This document shows positions 1 to 9,169 of a stretch of DNA of 64,000 bases, in pieces. The translations under genes were made by a program, and so were the position numbers. The notes under the pieces are model-generated. The model did not search any database, had not been told where the DNA came from, and was given only the letters and a program-made list of their open reading frames with translations. Source of the stretch: Mycobacterium sp. (GTDB taxonomy: Bacteria; Actinomycetota; Actinomycetes; Mycobacteriales; Mycobacteriaceae); contig JACPVR010000006.1 in assembly GCA_016197405.1 (NCBI GenBank), positions 96,525 through 160,524 of the forward strand, given 5' to 3'. Every line of letters starts with the position of its first letter. The first letter of the stretch is position 1.

Positions 1-253
1 CGGCGTTGATCTCGTCCACCGCCATCGCGATGGCGTCGTGGATGACCGATTCACTGACCGCCAGCCCGCCGGACAGCGAGTTGATGGCACCGACAGCGAC
101 GGTGGAACCGGATGTGTCCGCGCAACCCTCGCTGACATTGGACTGTCCGTCGCCGGCCTTGCTGCCGCAGCCGGCGGCGAGCACGGTGGTCGCCGCAAGC
201 AGTACTGCCGTGTGACGCAGCCTCGCCGAGGAACGCCTGTTCAACGCAATCAT
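1..253 (-). CDS. ABC-type substrate-binding lipoprotein (type-1 periplasmic binding protein, LivK/AmiC-like), N-terminal part only; continues beyond window
   Basis: My own translation of the minus strand from ATG 253-251 gives MIALNRRSSARLRHTAVLLAATTVLAAGCGSKAGDG...VGAINSLSGGLAVSESVIHDAIAMAVDEINA. It has a basic n-region, a hydrophobic core and lipobox LAAGC, then the usual start of Leu/Ile/Val- or amide/urea-binding proteins. It is absent from the ORF track because no stop lies in the window. Confidence 0.6.
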   Translation of the reverse strand, partial: MIALNRRSSARLRHTAVLLAATTVLAAGCGSKAGDGQSNVSEGCADTSGSTVAVGAINSLSGGLAVSESVIHDAIAMAVDEINA

Positions 254-488
254 GTGTCGCCGCCCTTTTCGATCTGTGCTGACACACCACGTCGTGCGTC
301 GAGGGTTGGAATGGCGACAGCGTAAGAATCCACGGCCCGCGGTGACTATGGGAGGAATCTCCCATTTCGGCGCACGCAGGGCCGACGGTGCCGGGGTTTT
401 CCGGGATGCACCCGGGAGGAAACAACGGCGAAACTTCGGATGTCGATGATGACCACACTCGGGGGCCGATCGCGAAGGAAACGTTGGG

Positions 489-1508
489 ATGGCCGGGATA
501 TACGGTGAGGTGCTGGGCAGTGCTGCCAGCACCGAGACCCGTGCCCATGACCTGCTCGACACCCTCGGTGCCCGCGCCGCGTCGTCGGCGTCGGCCATCT
601 GCCTGTGGGACCCGATCCAGCAGCGGCATGTCGGTGTGGCCAACCACAACTATCCCGACCCGGTCATGGACCATCTGAACAACTGGTTCATCGAGCACGA
701 TCCGCTCTTCGAAGCCATGCGCGCGCACCAGTTGGGCGCGCTGCGCTGGCGGGACTTCCCCGACTATCGGCGCGGCTATTCGGTCAACAGTGTCTTCCGG
801 CCCGCCGGGTTCGACGAAGGTCTGTCGGCGCGACTGGTGACCACCGACGGGACCTATGTGGGCACCATTCACGTCAACTGCGACGACCCGCGCTTTCCCA
901 GTGATGACGATGTCCGGGAGATCAACACACTGCGGGCCCAGATGGCCGAGCAGCTGGACTTCTCGCTGCGGCCGAGGATGGTGGCCGAGCTGGTCGCACC
1001 CGATGCGCAGGCCTGGGCCGTCGACGAATACGGGCGGGCCCACCTGCTGCGCGTCGGCAACTCCTTCGACGCTGCGCTCGATGCGGTCCTGCTCACCGAT
1101 CTGGCGATCGCCTTCCGCGCACCGGTGCTCGGTGCCCGGCCCGAGGTGATCCGGTGGAACGACGGCATCTCCTGGCTGCACGTGCGTCGGATCCCGACGT
1201 CACCGCGCTACCGCGGCGACAGCCTGGGTGCGGTTATGTTGATCAGCAGGGCGCCGCTGCCGATGGGGATCACACCGCGGGAACTGGACGCCCTCACGTT
1301 GGCGGTGTGCGGTCTGACGAACGCGCAGATCGCGGCCCGGCTGTTCATCAGCGTTCGCACCGCCGGGCACCACCTGGAAAGCGCCACGGTCAAACTGGGC
1401 GCGGCCAACCGCGCGTCGTGTGCATCCCATGCGGTGGCCAACGGCCTGCTGTCCGCGCATGTACTGCACGGGTTGGGTATCAGCGGCGGAGAGTCTGTAG
1501 CCGTCTGA
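489..1508 (+). CDS. LuxR-family transcriptional regulator
   Basis: ORF 489..1508. The C-terminal segment ITPRELDALTLAVCGLTNAQIAARLFISVRTAGHHLESATVKLGA is a LuxR/GerE-type HTH. The N-terminal sensor domain is unassigned and the exact start is unresolved. Confidence 0.8.
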   Translation: MAGIYGEVLGSAASTETRAHDLLDTLGARAASSASAICLWDPIQQRHVGVANHNYPDPVMDHLNNWFIEHDPLFEAMRAHQLGALRWRDFPDYRRGYSVNSVFRPAGFDEGLSARLVTTDGTYVGTIHVNCDDPRFPSDDDVREINTLRAQMAEQLDFSLRPRMVAELVAPDAQAWAVDEYGRAHLLRVGNSFDAALDAVLLTDLAIAFRAPVLGARPEVIRWNDGISWLHVRRIPTSPRYRGDSLGAVMLISRAPLPMGITPRELDALTLAVCGLTNAQIAARLFISVRTAGHHLESATVKLGAANRASCASHAVANGLLSAHVLHGLGISGGESVAV

Positions 1509-2649
1509 TCGCTTCGTCGAGGGTGTCGTCACGCTTGCAGAACGCGAAGCGCACCAGGTGATTCCACGATGCGAAGTACGGCCCGTCCGGGTTGCAGAAC
1601 GCCGACAACGGGATCGCCGCCACACCCACCTGGTGCGGCAGATCCAGGCAGAACGCCATGCTGTCGTCGTACCCCAGAGGTCGGGGATCGGCGCACAGGA
1701 AGTAGGTGCCCGAGCTGTCGTGCACGTCGAAACCGATACCGCTCAGCGCAGTCGCCAGCCGATCGCGCTTGCCCTGGAACGATTCGCACAACGCGGCCAC
1801 CCAGGCATCCTCGGTGTTGAGGGCCTGGGCCACCGCGGGCTGGAACGGCGCACCGCCCACATAGCTGAGGTACTGTTTGGCGGCTCGCACCCCGGCGATG
1901 AGATCCGGTGCGCCACAGACCCATCCGATCTTCCAGCCGGTGCAGTTGAACATCTTGGCGGCACTGGAGATCGTCAACGTCCGGTCTGCCATGCCGGGAT
2001 AGCCGGCCAACGGCACATGGGCCTTGCCGTCGAAGACCAGATGCTCGTAGACCTCGTCGGTGATCACCAGTAGGTCGCGCTCGACGGCGAGCGCGGCGAT
2101 GGCGGCCAACTCCTCGGAGCGCAGCACAGTGCCGGTCGGATTGTGCGGGGAATTGATGATCAGCGCTTTGGCCCGCGGGGTGATCGCCGCGCGCAACGCG
2201 TCGAGGTCGAGGGCGAAGCCGCGGCCGTCGGGCACCAACGGGACGGTGACCCGGTTGCAACCGGCCATCGCGACGACGGGGGAGTAGGAGTCGTAGAACG
2301 GTTCGACCAGCACCACATCCGAACCCGGTTCGACCAGCCCGAGGACCGCCGCGGCGATGGCCTCGGTGGCGCCGACGGTGACCAGTACCTCGGTCTCCGG
2401 GTTGTACTCGATTCCGTAGCGCCGTTTGCGCTGCGCAGCGATCGCCTCGCGCAACGGGGCGATGCCCAGGCCGGGCGGATACTGGTTGACGCCCTCGGCG
2501 ATGGCGTTCTCGGCCACCTTGAGCATGGCCGCCGGACCGTCCTCGTCGGGGAAGCCCTGGCCCAGATTCACCGCACCGACGCGGGCCGCCAACGCCGACA
2601 TCTCGGCAAATATCGTCACCGCATAGGGCTGCAGCCGAGACACCGTCAT
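1480..2649 (-). CDS. dapC: class I/II PLP-dependent aminotransferase (DapC / Rv0858c-like)
   Basis: The 389-aa ORF begins MTVSRLQPYAVTIFAEMSAL..NLGQGFPDEDGP and carries the PLP-lysine region SSAAKMFNCTGWKIGW. Its position next to fadA-fadB matches Rv0858c. The 3' end overlaps the convergent LuxR gene by 29 nt. Confidence 0.85.
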   Translation of the reverse strand: MTVSRLQPYAVTIFAEMSALAARVGAVNLGQGFPDEDGPAAMLKVAENAIAEGVNQYPPGLGIAPLREAIAAQRKRRYGIEYNPETEVLVTVGATEAIAAAVLGLVEPGSDVVLVEPFYDSYSPVVAMAGCNRVTVPLVPDGRGFALDLDALRAAITPRAKALIINSPHNPTGTVLRSEELAAIAALAVERDLLVITDEVYEHLVFDGKAHVPLAGYPGMADRTLTISSAAKMFNCTGWKIGWVCGAPDLIAGVRAAKQYLSYVGGAPFQPAVAQALNTEDAWVAALCESFQGKRDRLATALSGIGFDVHDSSGTYFLCADPRPLGYDDSMAFCLDLPHQVGVAAIPLSAFCNPDGPYFASWNHLVRFAFCKRDDTLDEAIRRLQTLRR

Positions 2650-2725
2650 GGGTATTGAGCCTAGTGACGTCGATGCGCAGGCCGAACTCGCCCACGTCGA
2701 TGACGGGCGGTCGCGACGTCCGGGA

Positions 2726-3865
2726 ATGAATGGCGGCCCTTCGGCGCTTACCCGAAGCGTGGCTTACAAACTCGATGCCAGTGCGGCACTGCTCAAACCC
2801 GTCCAGGTCGGCGACACCACCGCCGCCAACCGAATCTTCATGGCGCCCTTGACCCGATCGCGGGCGCAGTCCGACGGCACGCCGTCCGACCTTGCCGCGA
2901 CGTACTACGCGCAGCGGGCGGCGGCCGGCGTCATCATCACCGAAGCCACCGCGGTCTCGGCGGAAGCCAACGGCGCTTACCTGAACACGCCGGGTATGTA
3001 CACCGACCGGCAGCAGGAGAAATGGGCCGAGATCACCTCGGCCGTGCACGCCGAGGGCGGACGGATCTTCGTCCAGCTCTGGCATGTCGGCCGGATGGGT
3101 CATCCCGAGATCAGCGGTGTCGAGAACGTCGCGCCGTCGGCGATCGCCGCCGACATGACCACCCACACCCCGTCGGGCAAGCAGCCGCTGCCGGTGCCGC
3201 GGGCACTGGCCACCGATGAGCTCGCCGGCATCGTCGAGAGTTTCCGGGCCGCCGCCCGGCGCGCGGTCGACGCCGGCGCCGACGGTGTCGAGATCCACGG
3301 CGCCAATGGCTACCTGCTGCACCAGTTCGCCTCGGATGTGACCAACAAGCGCACCGACGGCTACGGCGGATCGCCGGCCAACCGGGCCCGGCTGGCCGCC
3401 GAGGTCGTCGAAGCCGTGGTCGCCGAGATCGGCGGGGGCCGCGTCGGCCTGCGGATCTCGCCCGGAAACTCCGCAGGCGATATGGCCGAGATCGACGAAG
3501 TCGGCGCCTACGAGGCGCTGCTGGACCGGATCGCCCCGCTGAATCTGGCCTACCTGCACGTGCTGATCGATCCGGACGTCCCCACGTTCGCAACGCTGCG
3601 GTCGTTGTGGAACGGCACGCTGGTGCTCAACACCGGGCGCGAGGTCGAGACCGACTTCTGCCGTCTCGAAGCGCTCGCCGACTGGGGTGTCATCGGTGCC
3701 GCGGCGGTGGGCCGGGCGTACCTGGCCAACCCCGATCTGCTGGACCGGCTGGTGCTGGGCGCCGAATTGAACGAACCCGACGTCGCCACCTTCTACGCCC
3801 CGGGCCCCGGCGGCTACACCGACTACCCGACGCTGAACGAACTGGTGCCTGCCGAATCGGCCTGA
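2726..3865 (+). CDS. Old Yellow Enzyme family NADH:flavin oxidoreductase (NemA-like)
   Basis: The frame of ORF 2648..3865 has the motifs NRIFMAPLTRSRA and HGANGYLLHQF...NKRTDGYGGS. I prefer ATG 2726 (alternative GTG 2759) because the track start at 2648 would leave no spacer to the divergent aminotransferase start at 2649. Confidence 0.85.
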   Translation: MNGGPSALTRSVAYKLDASAALLKPVQVGDTTAANRIFMAPLTRSRAQSDGTPSDLAATYYAQRAAAGVIITEATAVSAEANGAYLNTPGMYTDRQQEKWAEITSAVHAEGGRIFVQLWHVGRMGHPEISGVENVAPSAIAADMTTHTPSGKQPLPVPRALATDELAGIVESFRAAARRAVDAGADGVEIHGANGYLLHQFASDVTNKRTDGYGGSPANRARLAAEVVEAVVAEIGGGRVGLRISPGNSAGDMAEIDEVGAYEALLDRIAPLNLAYLHVLIDPDVPTFATLRSLWNGTLVLNTGREVETDFCRLEALADWGVIGAAAVGRAYLANPDLLDRLVLGAELNEPDVATFYAPGPGGYTDYPTLNELVPAESA

Positions 3866-3872
3866 CCCCCGC

Positions 3873-3929
3873 GAGCAGACGCAAACGACCCCCATTTCCA
3901 TGCGAAATGGGGGTCGTTTGCGTCTGCTC
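3873..3929. terminator. perfect 26-bp stem / 5-nt loop hairpin downstream of the OYE gene
   Basis: GAGCAGACGCAAACGACCCCCATTTC-catgc-GAAATGGGGGTCGTTTGCGTCTGCTC, read directly from the sequence, 8 nt after the stop at 3865. There is no U-tract (mycobacterial I-shaped type). Confidence 0.7.
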
Positions 3930-4057
3930 GTGAGCGCCTGTGGCGTAGGCCCAACCAAGCGGTTGGGGGAGGCTGTTACGCTGGCCGGTTAGAGGACTAC
4001 ACCTCCGTGCGGGTTCACGCCCGTAAACCAACCCTGAACAGGACCTGGAGAAAACAC

Positions 4058-5188
4058 ATGTCCGAAGAAGCCTTCATCTACGAGGCGATCCGTACACCGC
4101 GCGGTAAGCAGCGCGGCGGCGCCCTCAACGAGATCCGCCCGGTCAGCCTGGTCGTGGGCCTGATCGAGGAGATCCGCGCCCGCTTCCCCGACCTCGACGA
4201 GAATCTGATCAGCGACGTCATCCTCGGCTGCGTCGCACCGGTCGGCGACCAGGGCGGCGATATCGCCCGCACTGCCGTGCTGCAGGCCGGCCTGCCCGAC
4301 ACCACCGGTGGTTTCCAGCTCAACCGCTTCTGCGCCTCCGGTCTGGAAGCCGTCAACCTGGCCGCGCAGAAGGTCCGCTCCGGCTGGGACGATCTGGTGC
4401 TGGCCGGTGGCGTCGAGTCGATGAGCCGCGTGCCGATGGGCTCCGACGGCGGCGCAATGTTCAACGACGTCGCGATCGTCTATGACAACTACATCGCCCC
4501 GCAGGGCATCGGTGCCGACCTGATCGCCACCATCGAGGGCTTCTCCCGCGAGGACGTCGACACCTACGCCGTGCGTTCGCAGGAGCTGGCCGCGGCAGCC
4601 TGGTCGGGTGGCTACTTCGCCAAGTCCGTCGTTCCGGTCAAGGATCAGAACGGCCTGGTCGTTCTCGACCATGACGAGCACATGCGTCCCGGAACCACCC
4701 TGGAGAGCCTGGGCAAGCTGCGCAGCGCGTTCGAGGGCATCGGCTCGATGGGCGGCTTCGACGATGTGGCGCTGCAGAAGTACCACGCCGTCGAGAAGAT
4801 CAACCACGTCCACACCGGCGGTAACAGCTCGGGCATCGTCGACGGCGCCGCGCTGGTGATCATCGGCAGCGAGGCGGCCGGCAAGTCGCAGGGTCTGACC
4901 CCGCGGGCGCGCGTGGTGGCCACCGCCACCAGCGGCGCCGACGCGACCATCATGCTGACCGGCCCGCGCCCCGCCACCGAGAAGGCCCTGGCTCGCGCGG
5001 GTCTGACGGTTGACGATATCGACCTGTTCGAGCTGAACGAGGCCTTCGCCTCGGTGGTGCTGAAGTTCCAGAAGGACCTGAAGATCCCCGACGAGAAGCT
5101 CAACGTCAACGGTGGCGCCATCGCGATGGGTCACCCGCTGGGCGCCACCGGCGCCATGATCACCGGAACCATGGTCTCGTCACCCTGA
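4058..5188 (+). CDS. fadA: acetyl-CoA C-acyltransferase FadA (beta-oxidation thiolase), 3'-truncated; probable pseudogene or assembly gap
   Basis: ATG 4058 is preceded by GGAG and opens [17 protein letters not shown]. The active-site Cys region [10 protein letters not shown] and His loop [15 protein letters not shown] are present. The frame then ends ...GTMVSSP-stop, so the ~30-40 C-terminal residues carrying the second catalytic Cys are missing. Confidence 0.85.
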   Translation: MSEEAFIYEAIRTPRGKQRGGALNEIRPVSLVVGLIEEIRARFPDLDENLISDVILGCVAPVGDQGGDIARTAVLQAGLPDTTGGFQLNRFCASGLEAVNLAAQKVRSGWDDLVLAGGVESMSRVPMGSDGGAMFNDVAIVYDNYIAPQGIGADLIATIEGFSREDVDTYAVRSQELAAAAWSGGYFAKSVVPVKDQNGLVVLDHDEHMRPGTTLESLGKLRSAFEGIGSMGGFDDVALQKYHAVEKINHVHTGGNSSGIVDGAALVIIGSEAAGKSQGLTPRARVVATATSGADATIMLTGPRPATEKALARAGLTVDDIDLFELNEAFASVVLKFQKDLKIPDEKLNVNGGAIAMGHPLGATGAMITGTMVSSP

Positions 5189-5217
5189 CGCTGGACGATC
5201 CCACCGGGTCGGCCAAC

Positions 5218-7281
5218 GTGATGAACGAGCACTACCAGGAATCCATGCACAATGCTGTCGAAAGGCTTGTGGCAGAGAAGGATTCGATCACCGGTGTGGT
5301 CATCGCCAGCGCGAAGAAGACCTTCTTCGCCGGCGGCGACCTCAAGGCGATGATCAACGTCGGCCCCGACGACGCCCAACAGGCGTTCGACCAGGTGGAG
5401 ACCATCAAGGCCGATCTGCGCAAGCTGGAGACCCTGGGCAAGCCCGTCGTGGCCGCCATCAACGGTGCCGCCCTCGGCGGTGGCCTGGAGATCGCACTGG
5501 CGACGCATCACCGCATCGCCGCCGACGTCAAGGGCAGCGTCCTGGGCCTGCCCGAGGTGACGCTGGGCCTGCTTCCCGGCGGTGGCGGCGTGGCCCGCTC
5601 CGTGCGGATGTTCGGTATCCAGAAGGCCTTCATGGAGGTGCTGAGCCAGGGAACCCGGTTCAAGCCTGCCAAGGCCAAGGAAGTCGGCCTGGTCGATGAG
5701 CTCGTGGGCTCCGTCGAGGAATTGGTGCCGGCCGCCAAGGCCTGGATCAAGGCCAACCCGGAATCCTTCGAGCAGCCGTGGGACAAGAAGGGCTACAAGA
5801 TGCCCGGCGGCACGCCGTCGAGCCCGGCGCTGGCCGCGATCCTGCCGTCGTTCCCGGCACTGCTGCGCAAGCAGCTCAAGGGCGCCCCGATGCCGGCCCC
5901 GCGCGCCATCCTGGCCGCCGCCGTCGAGGGTGCGCAGGTCGACTTCGACACCGCGAGCCGCATCGAGAGCCGGTACTTCACCGAGCTGGTCACCGGCCAG
6001 GTCGCCAAGAACATGATCCAGGCGTTCTTCCTGGACCTGCAGTCGATCAACGCCGGCGGATCGCGTCCGGAAGGTATCGGCAAGACCCCGATCACCAAGA
6101 TCGGTGTGCTGGGTGCGGGCATGATGGGCGCCGGTATCGCCTACGTCTCGGCCAAGGCCGGGTTCGAGGTCGTCCTCAAGGATGTCACCCTGGAAGCCGC
6201 CGAGAAGGGCAAGAACTACTCCGAGAAGCTCGAGGCCAAGGCGCTCGAACGGGGCAGGACCACCAAGGAGCGCAGCGATGCGCTGCTGGCCCGCATCACC
6301 CCGACCGCTGATGCCGCCGATTTCAAGGGCGTCGATTTCGTGATCGAGGCCGTGTTCGAGTCGGTTGAGCTCAAGCACAAGGTGTTCCAGGAGATCGAGG
6401 ACATCGTCGAACCCAACGCGCTGCTGGGCTCGAACACCTCCACGCTGCCGATCACCGAGTTGGCGACCGGGGTGAAGCGTCAGGACGACTTCATCGGTAT
6501 CCACTTCTTCTCGCCGGTCGACAAGATGCCGCTGGTGGAGATCATCCGCGGTGAGAAGACCTCCGACGAGGCGCTGGCCCGGGTCTTCGACTACACGCTG
6601 GCCATCGGCAAGACCCCGATCGTGGTCAACGACAGCCGCGGCTTCTTCACCAGCCGGGTCATCGGCACGTTCATCAACGAGGCGCTCGCCATGCTCGGCG
6701 AGGGTGTCGCACCGGCCAGCATCGAGCAGGCCGGTTCGCAGGCCGGCTACCCGGCCCCGCCGCTGCAGCTGTCCGACGAGCTCAACCTCGAGCTGATGCA
6801 CAAGATCGCCGTCGCATCGCGTAAGGGTGTCGAAGATGCCGGTGGCACCTACGAGGCGCACCCGGCCGAGGCGGTCGTGGAGAAGATGATCGAGCTCGGT
6901 CGTCCGTCGCGCCTGAAGGGCGCCGGCTTCTACGAGTACGCCGACGGCAAGCGCGTCGGGCTGTGGTCGGGTCTGAAGGAGACCTTCAACTCGGGCACCA
7001 GTGAGATTCCCTTGCAGGACATGATCGATCGGATGCTGTTCGCCGAAGCGCTGGAAACCCAGAAGTGCTTCGACGAGGGCGTGCTGAAGACCACGGCCGA
7101 CGCCAACATCGGCTCCATCATGGGCATCGGCTACCCGGCCTGGACCGGTGGTTCGGCGCAGTTCATCGTCGGATACTCCGGCCCGCTGGGCACCGGTAAG
7201 GAAGCCTTCGTGGCCCGCGCCAAGGAATTGGCCGAGCGCTACGGCGACCGCTTCAACCCGCCGGCCTCGCTGACCAGCTAG
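5218..7281 (+). CDS. fadB: fatty-acid oxidation complex alpha subunit FadB (enoyl-CoA hydratase / 3-hydroxyacyl-CoA dehydrogenase), 5'-clipped
   Basis: It has a crotonase part (KKTFFAGGDLK, ALGGGLEIALA) and a dehydrogenase part with Rossmann motif IGVLGAGMMGAGIAY. FadB-like sequence ([15 protein letters not shown]) continues upstream of GTG 5218 without any start codon, up to the fadA junction. Confidence 0.9.
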   Translation: MMNEHYQESMHNAVERLVAEKDSITGVVIASAKKTFFAGGDLKAMINVGPDDAQQAFDQVETIKADLRKLETLGKPVVAAINGAALGGGLEIALATHHRIAADVKGSVLGLPEVTLGLLPGGGGVARSVRMFGIQKAFMEVLSQGTRFKPAKAKEVGLVDELVGSVEELVPAAKAWIKANPESFEQPWDKKGYKMPGGTPSSPALAAILPSFPALLRKQLKGAPMPAPRAILAAAVEGAQVDFDTASRIESRYFTELVTGQVAKNMIQAFFLDLQSINAGGSRPEGIGKTPITKIGVLGAGMMGAGIAYVSAKAGFEVVLKDVTLEAAEKGKNYSEKLEAKALERGRTTKERSDALLARITPTADAADFKGVDFVIEAVFESVELKHKVFQEIEDIVEPNALLGSNTSTLPITELATGVKRQDDFIGIHFFSPVDKMPLVEIIRGEKTSDEALARVFDYTLAIGKTPIVVNDSRGFFTSRVIGTFINEALAMLGEGVAPASIEQAGSQAGYPAPPLQLSDELNLELMHKIAVASRKGVEDAGGTYEAHPAEAVVEKMIELGRPSRLKGAGFYEYADGKRVGLWSGLKETFNSGTSEIPLQDMIDRMLFAEALETQKCFDEGVLKTTADANIGSIMGIGYPAWTGGSAQFIVGYSGPLGTGKEAFVARAKELAERYGDRFNPPASLTS

Positions 7282-7293
7282 CCGTCAGACGCC

Positions 7294-7329
7294 AGAAGCC
7301 CCCGGGACAACGATGTTCCGGGGGCTTCT
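7294..7329 (+). terminator. hairpin terminator after fadB
   Basis: AGAAGCCCCCGG-gacaacgatgtt-CCGGGGGCTTCT, a 12-bp perfect stem starting 13 nt after the fadB stop and followed by TTGT. Confidence 0.7.
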
Positions 7330-7356
7330 TGTCGTCGGCCGGATAACATTCTGGCC

Positions 7357-7848
7357 GTGGAAGAGATCTTCGAGCCGTGGTCGGAATTCAATGTCGCGCT
7401 GACCGGTGCGACGGCCGCGTTGCTCGGCCTGGTTATCGTCGCCGCCAGCGTGAACATCAGAGACATCATCGGTTCGCGCACACTGACCAGCCGACTGGGC
7501 GCCAGCGTGGCGATTCTTCTTCTGGCACTCATTGTTTCGGGCCTCGGCCTGGTGCCAGGACTCGATCTGCCGCAGTTCGGGGCGCTGGTCGTGGTGGTGG
7601 CGATCGGTGCCGGCCTGTTCCAGGTGACGGCCTCGCGGCTCATTGCCGCCGAACCGGAGTCCGGCCGCTCGTCCCGTTTGTTGAAGGCACTGCTGGGAAT
7701 TCTGCCGATCGCGGCCTACCTGATCGCCGGTGTACTGGCGATCGCCGACACACCGGCTGCCTTGCACGTGGCGGCGGCGGGCACGCTGCTGGCCATCGCG
7801 TCGGCGGTGGCGGTTTCCTGGGTCGCCCTCGTCGAAGTGTTGCGCTGA
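7357..7848 (+). CDS. hypothetical integral membrane protein (about 5 predicted TM helices)
   Basis: The 163-aa ORF consists almost entirely of hydrophobic stretches (ALTGATAALLGLVIVAASV, ILLLALIVSGLGLV, GALVVVVAIGAGLF, ILPIAAYLIAGVLAI, LLAIASAVAVSWVALV). I recognise no family. Confidence 0.6.
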   Translation: MEEIFEPWSEFNVALTGATAALLGLVIVAASVNIRDIIGSRTLTSRLGASVAILLLALIVSGLGLVPGLDLPQFGALVVVVAIGAGLFQVTASRLIAAEPESGRSSRLLKALLGILPIAAYLIAGVLAIADTPAALHVAAAGTLLAIASAVAVSWVALVEVLR

Positions 7849-7863
7849 CCGCCGGCTCCATCG

Positions 7864-7884
7864 TGGGGAAGGGCCAAATCCCCA
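7864..7884. terminator. small hairpin between convergent genes
   Basis: TGGGGA-agggccaaa-TCCCCA lies between the stop at 7848 (+) and the stop at 7887 (-). Confidence 0.35.
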
Positions 7885-7886
7885 AG

Positions 7887-9095
7887 CTAGGTAACGGGAA
7901 TGGGATATTCCGGCGCTTGCATGGAGTCGTAGAGACCGACGGCTTTGTCGTTGAGTCTGACCACGGCGCCCGTCAGCCACGTCGGCATCGCCGAGACGAG
8001 CCGCCCGCCGGCGATCAGCGCACGTACGCCCCACTCCGAGCTCGGCAGGACGCCCTTGGCAACGCTTCGGGCCAGCGCCCGGCTTCCGATCACCGGCCCG
8101 GACATGACCGCTTCGTACGCCCGAAACGCCGCCGCGTAGTCGGTGCCGGCCCGTTCGAGTTCGCCGGCCAGGACGTAGGCGCCCAGGACTGCCAGGCTGG
8201 TGCTGCCACCGACTGCCGGACCCGGGCAGTACCCGGCGTCACCGACAAGCGTCACCCGGCCGCGGGACCAACTGGTGAGCTGAAGCTGGGTTATCGAGTC
8301 GAAGTAGAAGGCCGGCGTCCGGTCCAGCTCGGCCAGCCAGCGATCGACGGTCGGTCCCATACCGCTGAATTGAGCGCGCAGCAGATCCCGCTGACGTGCG
8401 GTATCGCGGTAGTCGTAGTGCAGGGCAGCGGCCGGACGGAACAGGAAAACGGCCCGCGCGTCGTCGAGATGTTCGGCGCTGTAGACCATGGCATAGCGGT
8501 TGGCTTCCACGAACCCCGTCGCTTCACCATCTCGGGCAAGGCATTTGGGTACCGACACGACCGCGAGGTTGGCGCCCAGATACTCGGTGTGGCCGGCGTC
8601 CGCGCCGAACACCAGGCGGCGTACTCCCGAATGCAGGCCGTCCGCGCCGACGATGATGTCGTAGCGGCGTGCGGCGCCATGTGCGAACGTCACCGCACCG
8701 TCCGGTGAGATCGCGGTGATCTCGTCACCGAACAGGTACTCGACATCGTCACGGGCGGCGTCGTAGAAGATCTCACTGAGGTCGTCGCGCATGATCTCGA
8801 CGTGCCGTTCGGACATCGCGGCCAGCAGTTTGAGGTAGTCGACTGTCACCGGCCGTGCAGCGCCGCGGCGGTGAACGACCAGCCGCTCGGTACCGGTCGC
8901 GTGCTCGAGGATGCGCGGCAGGACGCCCATCTGCTCGGAGATCTTCATGGCGGGGCGGAACAGATCGACGGCGTGACCGCCGGTCTTGCGCAGCGCCGGG
9001 GCGCGCTCGACGACGGTGACGTCGAAGCCGCGCCGGCTCAACCAGTAGGCCAGAACGGGGCCGGCGATGCTGGCGCCGGAGATGAGGACTCGCAT
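7887..9095 (-). CDS. FAD-dependent monooxygenase (aromatic-ring hydroxylase-like)
   Basis: The N-terminal dinucleotide fold is MRVLISGASIAGPVLAYWLSRRGFDVTVVER. It also has the DG motif ADGLHSGVRR and the GD motif LVGDAGYCPGPAVGGSTS. Confidence 0.85.
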   Translation of the reverse strand: MRVLISGASIAGPVLAYWLSRRGFDVTVVERAPALRKTGGHAVDLFRPAMKISEQMGVLPRILEHATGTERLVVHRRGAARPVTVDYLKLLAAMSERHVEIMRDDLSEIFYDAARDDVEYLFGDEITAISPDGAVTFAHGAARRYDIIVGADGLHSGVRRLVFGADAGHTEYLGANLAVVSVPKCLARDGEATGFVEANRYAMVYSAEHLDDARAVFLFRPAAALHYDYRDTARQRDLLRAQFSGMGPTVDRWLAELDRTPAFYFDSITQLQLTSWSRGRVTLVGDAGYCPGPAVGGSTSLAVLGAYVLAGELERAGTDYAAAFRAYEAVMSGPVIGSRALARSVAKGVLPSSEWGVRALIAGGRLVSAMPTWLTGAVVRLNDKAVGLYDSMQAPEYPIPVT

Positions 9096-9107
9096 GGCGT
9101 TCTCCTT

Positions 9108-9147
9108 ACTTAACGGTCGGTAAGTGTCGGTGTCAGCTTACTTACCG
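9108..9147. promoter_or_regulatory. candidate TetR operator(s) in the 74-bp divergent spacer
   Basis: There is a near-palindrome ACTTAACG-gt-CGGTAAGT (9108-9125) plus a third copy ACTTACCG at 9140-9147. They lie between the monooxygenase start (9095, -) and the TetR start (9170, +). Confidence 0.45.
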
Positions 9148-9169
9148 ATAGGTCAGCTAGGGTGGCTAC

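Noticed and set aside
1529-3958. 809-aa ORF on the minus strand
   Set aside because: It runs out of frame through the aminotransferase gene and antisense through the OYE gene. The sequence is Arg/Gly/Pro-rich and low complexity, with no recognisable domain. This is a typical stop-free alternative frame of high-GC DNA.
5160-5225. Programmed frameshift or natural FadA-FadB fusion as explanation for the fadA/fadB junction
   Set aside because: No slippery heptamer or downstream structure is visible. More decisively, conserved sequence from both proteins (thiolase C-terminus, FadB N-terminus) is physically absent, which a frameshift cannot supply.
5131-6861. 576-aa ORF antisense to fadB
   Set aside because: The opposite strand encodes a clearly recognisable FadB. 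The antisense translation is an Arg/Gly/Asp/Leu-rich artefact without motifs.
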